Source: Botryllus schlosseri
Taxonomy: Eukaryota
Length of the DNA: 60,000 bases
Assembly (NCBI GenBank): GCA_051294905.1
Contig: CM119373.1
Coordinates: 4,776,001 to 4,836,000 of the forward strand
Reading direction: 5' to 3'
In this document: positions 52,053 to 60,000 of the stretch, piece after piece
How the letters are laid out: the number at the start of each line of letters is the position of its first letter
Numbering within the stretch: position 1 is the first letter of the stretch
Notes under the pieces: generated by a model
Database searches by the model: none
Told to the model about the DNA's origin: nothing
The model's input: the letters and a program-made list of their open reading frames with translations, nothing else
Made by a program: the position numbers and the translations under genes

Positions 52053-54063
52053 TTCATTTTCACCGGAGCTCTACATAAAATTCAGCCGGAGCTGGAGCCT
52101 GTTATTTGAGGAGTAGCTCCGGCTCCGTCGTATTTCATAAGATGCTATTATATATATGCAACAACCACATCTGCTGATTTATCATAATTGAACAGCAGGC
52201 CTGAATTTTAATGCTGTGTGCAGCAATGGCATAGCGCAGTGCTTTTCACACCCTTTTTGAGCTCCATTCGCATTTTTTTTTGTGAAATAAATTGCATTCG
52301 CACCAAGTAATAGAAAATGAAGATACAATAAGAAAATGAAGGCCCACTTAACAGTATCATTGCCGTGAACTAGCAACCTAGTTAATAATCATATGCACCT
52401 CTGAAAGCGATATCGATATGTTCATGCGCAGGACGAAGGCAATACCGGACAACTCATAGTGGAGCAACGACGTGTCGTTCCTGCCGATGTATCGATGCGG
52501 AAAGAGGAAAATTGTTACGCAACATTTGTACTTACGCTGTTCAGTCGCCCTCGAACGCCTTGTCTCCTGTCTCTGTAATACGTTGCGTCGTATCCGTCTA
52601 ATGCTAACGCAGTGTTCCTTCTTTGCTATGTTGGCTCGCCGCAGGAATGCAAACGTCATGGCAGCGCGCAAACTGAAGCACAAGACCGGCAACCAGTCCG
52701 TGAAGTAGTTTCAAAACCGACCGCGTTGAATGACCCCGGACCAGGCATGACTGATAAGCGCCCGTCCACGTCACGCATGTTGACAGACGTTAGTATGGAC
52801 GACGTTATTAATAATAGCTCCCGCTCATATAATATATGTCACCACGACTTATTCAAAGGAGTTAGTGGCAGTGCCTGACGTTCCGAGAGCATCATCCTTC
52901 GGCTCAACGATCCAACCAACCCACGTCATCACTACGCCAACTCGTTCTGTGTTGCCGATAGTGTCCGACGATTGCTCGACCGACGAGGTGAACCCATTGC
53001 AGAATGGTACATATTTCCAGTCTTTTAGCTGTTCTGCCTCTTTGATGAAAGTTCTGTACACGTTTGCTAACGAACGTCTGTTGCTCTTTTATGCAAATAG
53101 GAGATCGATGTGGCTGCCTTGTGCACCGAAGCAGGCACCGATGGACCGAATGAGTTGGACATGTCAGAATTAGCAGTCGGAACAACGGTTAGTACCTAAT
53201 TGCAGTCGCATGTCACTTGTCATACTCAGTCCGGTATGCGCAGGGCACGTCTGTTACGATCGAGACGCGCCACACGATACCTGGTGTTAGATGCCAATAA
53301 TCGGATAAGAATCAGTTGATCTCCGGTCTGACGGAGGGTCAATTACTGTGCATTAGGGTTGTTCAAAATTTGGAAAATGTTTGGAATTCTGCGTGTCCAT
53401 CGCTTATTCTATAGATTATTGTTAAAAAACAATAATGGGCTTGAAAGAAGCTCGCAGGAAAGCCGGTAATATTTGTCTAAATGTGTTTGAAAGTAGCCGT
53501 CGGCGAGTGGGCGGGGAATCGATGAAGTGGGCGGGCAAAGAGAAGCCATTAATCCTGATTGGTTGAAGCCGGTAATAATAAGCTAATGATTGGCTGAAAG
53601 ACCGACTTTGTGAACACTGCTGGTAACGATTTTTGCGTTCTGTTGTGCAGTCGTTTCTGTTGGTGGCATTACAGACATGATATATTGCCTTTGTTATTGT
53701 TGTCATCAAGAGTCCATAGTACAACATTGCAACCGCGTAAGTTAATATCTACCTGCAGAATGTGTATAAGTGCTATGTATTGCACAGGTGCTCTCGCTAG
53801 ATGAGATACGAATAAACTAGATGCATGCATCTTGCTACCTTCTACCTTTCCAAAAGTTACTGACAGTGAGTGAAACTCAAAAATTTACCACCAGGAGTCA
53901 ACATTTCAGTAGTACTTGTTATGACTAGTCCACGTCTCACCCATAAACAAACGCATATTACACTTTTTATTCACAATTGAATGAAGGCGAAAAGCACTAT
54001 TTACAAAATACATTAAAAAAGTACGTGCAGATCAGTGTTGCATTGTCAGGCGCAAGTTGCAGA

Positions 54064-57000
54064 TTACAGGCTTTTGATTAGAGTTGACTTCCTGCTGTCT
54101 CCAACTGTCTTCCTATACTGTTCCACAGCTTGAAGCAGACTGTCTCTTTGTTGTTCATTGTCAGTCAAGATTGCAGCATAGTCTGTGCTTAGCTTTACAT
54201 CTCGTTCTGCGGCATCATTAACGACTGTGACAGAACTGATGTAGGAGCTCATTCTGGTGTAGGAGCTCATTCTGGTGTAGGAATCTGATAAGTGCCAAAC
54301 ATCAACCGGTTGAGCTAGCCACGCCCCAGAGCATTCAAAAACATCAAATATGTACCACGACTGTGGCCCAATAAAATCAGACAAAGTAGTGTCCTTGTTG
54401 ATGTGTACAACAGTTGCATTCAACGAGCTCGGGCCTCTCCTGAAACTTGAAGTTCGCTACATCTCGTTCTGCGGCATCATTAACGACTTTGACAGAACTG
54501 ACGTAGGAGCTCATTCTGGTGTAGGAATCTGATAAATGCCAAACATAAACCGGTTGAGCTAGCCACGCCCCAGAGCATTCAAAAACATCAAATATGTACC
54601 ACGACTGTGGCCCAATAAAATCAGACAAAGTAGTGTCCTTGTTGATGTGTACAGTTGCATTCAACGAGCGCTGGCCTCTCCTGAAACTTGAAGTTCGCTC
54701 TACCTGCAGGAGCGTCTTTGCCATATTTTCTCGGGTTTCATTGCTTTCACTCGGCGAAAACAAGGCATATACAGCGGTTTCATCCACGATATACCAGTCA
54801 TGCTTCAAAAGCTTTTGTGAAGCAGCTTTGGAAACTTGTTCATCATGTTCCTTGTAACTCAACATGTCCTGGATGAATCTCAAGTCATTACCGGCTGCAT
54901 CACGACCGATGCTGGAAGCAACCCAGGCAGGGATGTAAAAGAGAACTAAAAATAAATTGAAGCGATGCAGCAGTTCCACTTCTTCAGATTTGTAATGTAA
55001 CTGATCAGCCCACATGAACATCTTCTGAGCATACAGAATTGTGCCCATCTACATTGTATGGTGTTTTGCACCAGGTTTGTGATGATGTATCTCCATCTGC
55101 ACCGGGAAGAGCAAGAGCATTAGTCACACATTGTTTGTAGTCATCCCGTGTGAAGAAATCTTTTCTGGCGAGTAGTAGCTTGAAGTTCTCAACTTTCATT
55201 GCTGCTCGTTCTTTGAAGCATATAGGAATAGTCAGAGTCTTGAATTGCTGTTTTCTGTCAAGACTGCTCCAGCTCTTCTTAAGTTGGGCAAACTTGGACA
55301 AAGCTTCATATCGATTTCCTAATCTATCCTCTGTGAGCTTTCCATCACAATGAATGGCAACATGCTGTGATTTTCGGCAGATTTTTCCAAAATGTCCCGA
55401 GATATTTCCAGGCGATTTGTTTCCCTGGCTCTCTTCGTTGAAGATATTGACAGGGTGAACATGGCGATATCTCCTCCACAAGCTTTAATAAATGCTCCCA
55501 TCAGCATCGTTGCATCCTTGTCAGTTAGTTGCAATCGATCCAGAGCTTGGGACACATGCGTATTTTTCATAATATTTTTAGGTGCCATCAGTTTAATGGA
55601 TTGGGTCGAGGTTCCAAGTCCAACATCAGCATCATAGTCAGAACTTGAACTCAAACTGTCACACTCTTTTGAAGATGACGATGATTTGATCTGCAATGGC
55701 TGCTGTTTTTTTTTGAGGTCTTTAGCCAGAATTTTGTCTCTTCCCAACATTATTGACTGGCGAGATTGCCGTTGATCTTCATAAAATGCAATGTCTTCAA
55801 GCTTTCTTTCATGTGATAGATAAATGTCATTTTCTATTGTTGTTATGGCATCTCTACTTCCAATATCCCACAGCTTGTCCAAATTATCAGTGAATTTTCT
55901 CCTCTTACCCTTGGGATCACTTTCCTGTTTCGGATTCTTCTTCAGGTCACGCCATCTTTCGTGCAGGTTTTGAAGTGATCGCACCACATGTGATTTCTGC
56001 ATTGTCGCAATTCTCGCCATTTTCCACACTGTCATATTACATCATCCACCACCACAGTACATAGTTCATGAGCAATGTTCCCTCTAAGCTGCGCACGTGC
56101 GCAAATGCGCAGTGCTGAAGCGGTCTCTGCGCACAGAAAATCTAAGTTGCGCACAAAAAATCCGAAGTGATGTTTTTTTTTAAAGTCGTTGCGCACTGTT
56201 GTCCAAGGGACCACGCAGGCGCGCAAACTCGTGAAAAATTAGGGGGAACATTGCCAGGGGCAATTAGTGTTATCGCTGAAGTATTACACCGAGGTACAAG
56301 TGCGGCCCGCAAAGGTAAATATTGCGCTCCGTGACGAAATGAGACTTTGCAATCACGAGCGCCTAACGAAAAATCTTTTCTTTTAGTATGGCCTCGTACG
56401 CGTGAGCGATACTGATATCATTTCAATAGCGCATTATTTTCTGGGAATGGCGAAATAACATGGTTTAACAAAGTTATAAATAACAATGGGCTAGCTCAAA
56501 GTTAATCCGCGAGAAACTAGCGCATAGTCTTCTCCGCGTGTCATGAACATTGCGTAAGATTTCCTCAGGACCGTAACTGCTGCACCCCAAACCCTCAATT
56601 AGGGGACCGAGATCGAAGGGAGCCCAAAATTATTTCGTGAATTAACATAAATCATGGTGTATCTTTTGGGAATTTTTCAAAATTTTTTTTCAAATTTCTT
56701 GATTATTGAGTACCCTTCCCACAACAAAAGATACGCTTGATTAAGAGAAATGGGCACTTGGTCGTTGGCCATTACCTTGCCACGACGCACCAAGACATAT
56801 GAAGTTATAGGCTATGTGACATGCGACTCCAAGAAGTGCGCCAAAACGATCAGCAGCGAGAAAACCTTAGCCGAAAAGGACTGCCCTATATATGCTGACC
56901 GAAAACTTCGAATCATACATATAAGTTTAATTGTCCATAGGCGCGTAAATGGCTGGCGCTGAATGTTCATGTGCTGGCGATCCGAGTCCCACAACAAGAC

Positions 57001-57754
57001 AAATGCCATGTCGAGGGAATATTATTTGCCAGTAGAGAAATACCAATTTTAAATCGTGTTCGTGTTTTAGTTTAGTACGTTTGAGCGATTTCAATGTCTT
57101 TTGACATAGCCGATAGGAGGTCACGAAATAGCATCATGTAACGAAGTCATTATACCAAGGGGTGCGCCCGAAGATGTTTAATTAATATTTAGAGGACCTA
57201 TCTTTTCTAACACACCTCACTCGATCAGCTTTACCGGTAAATCTGATGATGTGAGCAGAGAGAGGATAAAAATGGATAGCAATAGATATATGCAATTCCC
57301 GATGATATTGACCGATTCAATCATGGATGATATCAAATTTTCGCGCTTCGCGCGTTCAGGTGACACAACCACCCAACCAGCCCCCGATTTAGATCAAAAG
57401 TATCAGCAAAAAGCGCAGAACACGATAGGGGGGTCTGGGGGCGAAGCCCCCAAGAAGTTCAGTTTATCAGCTTATGTGGGGGGATGGTTGCGCACTATTT
57501 TCCAAGGGCCTGCGCAGTGAGTTACCGTGTTTGCGCAGACTCGTGAAAAATTAGAGGGAACATTGTTCATGAGTAGAGTTTGACTGAGGACGATGCTCTT
57601 TCAGATGCAGCAAGTAACTCATTACTTCTCGTATAGTAGGTAATCTCGAGCCACAGATGTAATCGCAAGTATATCCGACCAAGTACTGCTCAGATTTGGA
57701 TCATGTTATTCGCTGCGGCATGTGTGCAATCTTTCGCGGTTTTGCCTGTGCCAT
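54064..57754 (-). pseudogene. hATm-like transposase pseudogene
   Basis: N-terminal YLVG...GSRLPTIREVMSYL, VWKMARI, LDKLWDI, FYEDQR, IHCDGKL, RDDY and VNDAAER. The DTT/CRHH block is deleted, there is a 244-bp tandem duplication, and an insertion at 56073-57565. Confidence 0.88.
56073..57565. mobile_element. Nested hAT-type element with an extra internal right end
   Basis: caatgttccctctaa...ttagagggaacattg; perfect TSD ttcatgag; a second right-end copy ends at 56253. Confidence 0.92.
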
Positions 57755-58573
57755 GACTGCACTATTGTTGCTCCAAATCATGAACTACTGCTATCGACTC
57801 TGAAGCATTCAAAGAACATGTGTTACAGTACTACTAATGACTCAACCCACAACGCGATTGTACAGAACCACAACCGCTACTAACAGACTCTACCTCAGCA
57901 AAACGGACTTTCAATTTAGTAAAGCGAAGCTCCCTTATCCGAGTCAGCTGTTGCAGTAATCAGTGAAGCTTAGCCGATTGCCCAATCAAGAACCGTGGTT
58001 TAGTGATTGCCCGCCTCTGCTGTCGGTTGCCCACCCACTCTTCAACAACGACTTTCAAACGCATTTAGACAAATGTTAGCGGCTTTCCTGGGAGCTTCTT
58101 TCAAGCCCATTATTGTTTTTTAACAATAATATACAGAAAGGACACGCATAATTCCAAACATTTTCCAAATTTTGAACAACCCTACTGCACATGTTCGAAG
58201 ACGACGACTTCGGAGAGGTGAGCACCTACTCCAGTAGTTATGATTCATCGGTTCCACAACGGATTCGGCGCAGTAATAATATGTAGTAACAACGTGCTGT
58301 GTCATATTACAGAACAGCGACAGCGCAGAAGTACTATCACCTGTAAGGTCCAACATAAAACCCATTACAGACGCGGACCTTGAGCAATTGTTCGACGGTA
58401 GCACTCAAGAGGTCATGGTATTGACGCCGGTTTAAACGGAGTTGAAGTAGACCCATTACATACGTTAACACTTATTCCACAGGACTCAGACGACGAGGGG
58501 GTGGTTGCGATTGACTAGGACACCGATGTTGCAGGCCCGTCTCCAAAACGTTATGAAGACATGCATATACCTT

Positions 58574-59230
58574 TTATATAATTATTGTAACATTGTTTAC
58601 CGAGTGTGGGGGGATTTCAGGAGCTGTTGTGAGGTGTTTTACGATTAGTACATTGGCATCATTTCGGGTTGTTCGCAAATAAATGCACTTCGTTGATCGC
58701 TGCTCGTGTTGTAATGGTAGCACGTGTGCACATTTATTTGCATAACCATCTTTCATAGCATAGGCTATATACCGTGACATTGATCCATGCCACTCAGTGA
58801 TTTGTCAACGTAGCGGAGATATGCGACATGATAGCCAGTAACGACGATAGGCCGGTATCGACATGGATTACGATACGAGCAATAACGCTCGACTTGCGTA
58901 CCTTGACCGAGTCGACGTAACAGCCTGTACGACAACCAATAACTGAGTTTGGAGCTGTAAGCTGTAACCGCCTTCAACATCTGATAATGGTGGTTCGGAT
59001 TAAGCATAATCATTTTACATCGGAATATCTACCTTTTTGATACAGTTGTTCTCTAGAATGTATGTTGTCCGAGTGTGGCTCAGCTGGCAAAATATACTGG
59101 TACTGCACCGGCTATGCATGAGGGTTATACAACTCAAATTAGTGTCGGATTGTCATGATGAAGTTTATGCAAAAATTTGTATGTTTGCAAGATTTCGGAG
59201 CACAAAATGCACTCATACCGCATGAAAAGG
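58574..59230 (-). pseudogene. Possible orphan gene relic
   Basis: Adjacent protein-like ORF fragments on the - strand (MIMLNPNHHYQMLKAV...); no family recognised. Confidence 0.2.
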
Positions 59231-60000
59231 GTGTACGTTCACAATGTCGCAGTAGTCTTTACATGTTGTTCGATTTATCTAACTGATGTCTAATTTAACG
59301 GTTGCAGCTAGCTTTGAGTCTGCTATGTCAGTTTAGAGTAAAAATCATCAAATAACTAATCGGTATACGGATTATTTTGCACTCAGACACATTCGATTGA
59401 CTTCTAATTTCGCTATGGACTGATTAAAGCATGCCTGCACCATTTAGAAGCAACAAATTTCAAATACCTCTTTACTTATTCACCAAACTATTGATCAATG
59501 TTGAAAGTTGATTGTCTGCCATTTCGACCTTATGGAAAGAAGATGTCACATGGACAGGAAATGTTGATCTCGTAGGACCTCCAATGCTGATCAAATTTGG
59601 CGCAGTATAAGCACTAATACTGTTCTACTGCTGAACCTATTGCTTTTTTCATATGAGTTTCACTACGCACTACGCAACTTTTTTTACCGGGAATATTCTA
59701 TAAGGAGAAGCATCAATACTGCGAAACGTCTATACAATACTCAACAGATTTGAGGCGCCTATAGACTTGGAGCCTTTTCCTGTTAAGATTATGTCAATTA
59801 CTTGTACATATGATAAACCACAGTAAAGTAGGACATGATGAAACTCTGAATATGTACATTTGTATACGATACAACATCAGTTTAATTCACACACACGACA
59901 GAATATACTACAGCGATCTGTTAATGCAGCCAACGGCCAATGATACTGCTCATGGAGCAGTCGGTTTTAACATCATTATACCATAGTATTATGTAATCAA

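Larger units (their letters stand above)
53354..58184 (-). mobile_element. Full-length-bounded hATm-like DNA transposon with a decayed transposase
   Basis: Long TIRs tagggttgttcaaaatttggaaaatgtttggaatt...aattccaaacattttccaaattttgaacaacccta plus subterminal inverted similarity; TSD ctgtgcat / ctgcacat. Confidence 0.93.
52400..58575 (+). pseudogene. Short-intron gene for an acidic, low-complexity protein, split by the hATm element
   Basis: Exons such as ELVAVPDVPRASS...STDEVNP, EIDVAALCTEAG...VGTT|gttagt, QLISGLTEGQLL[R]MFEDDDFGE|gtgagc (reads across the empty hATm site), NSDSAEVL...DGSTQE and DSDDEGVV... Confidence 0.5.

Overview
Eukaryotic, AT-rich, repeat-dense window (animal-like; species cannot be determined from the sequence) with no intact host gene that I can support. 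The upper layer is a nested stack of transposons: about 10 non-autonomous hAT-type elements with 8-bp TSDs, two decayed hATm-type transposase genes, two divergently oriented Gypsy relics sharing a tRNA-Trp PBS, an R2-like RLE non-LTR fragment, an I/Nimb-like LINE RT fragment, tRNA-derived SINEs and satellites. Underneath lies a decayed, gene-dense background of compact genes with very short (about 56-70 bp) introns. The best-supported one is an 8-intron gene encoding two C2H2-like zinc fingers fused to a tyrosine-recombinase-like domain (38860-40951). It is hidden because a 1.58-kb internal inversion (39139-40719, bounded by a 5-bp inverted microhomology) splits it across both strands. Nearby relics include a Pim-like kinase, an acidic multi-exon protein, a repeat-motif protein family, paralogous orphan genes and a Ulp1-PHD cassette. 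My working hypothesis, which is inference only, is that much of the background is the fossil of a large cargo-carrying, YR-mobilised element or endogenous DNA virus. All protein-family calls come from reading motifs by eye; no searches were run.
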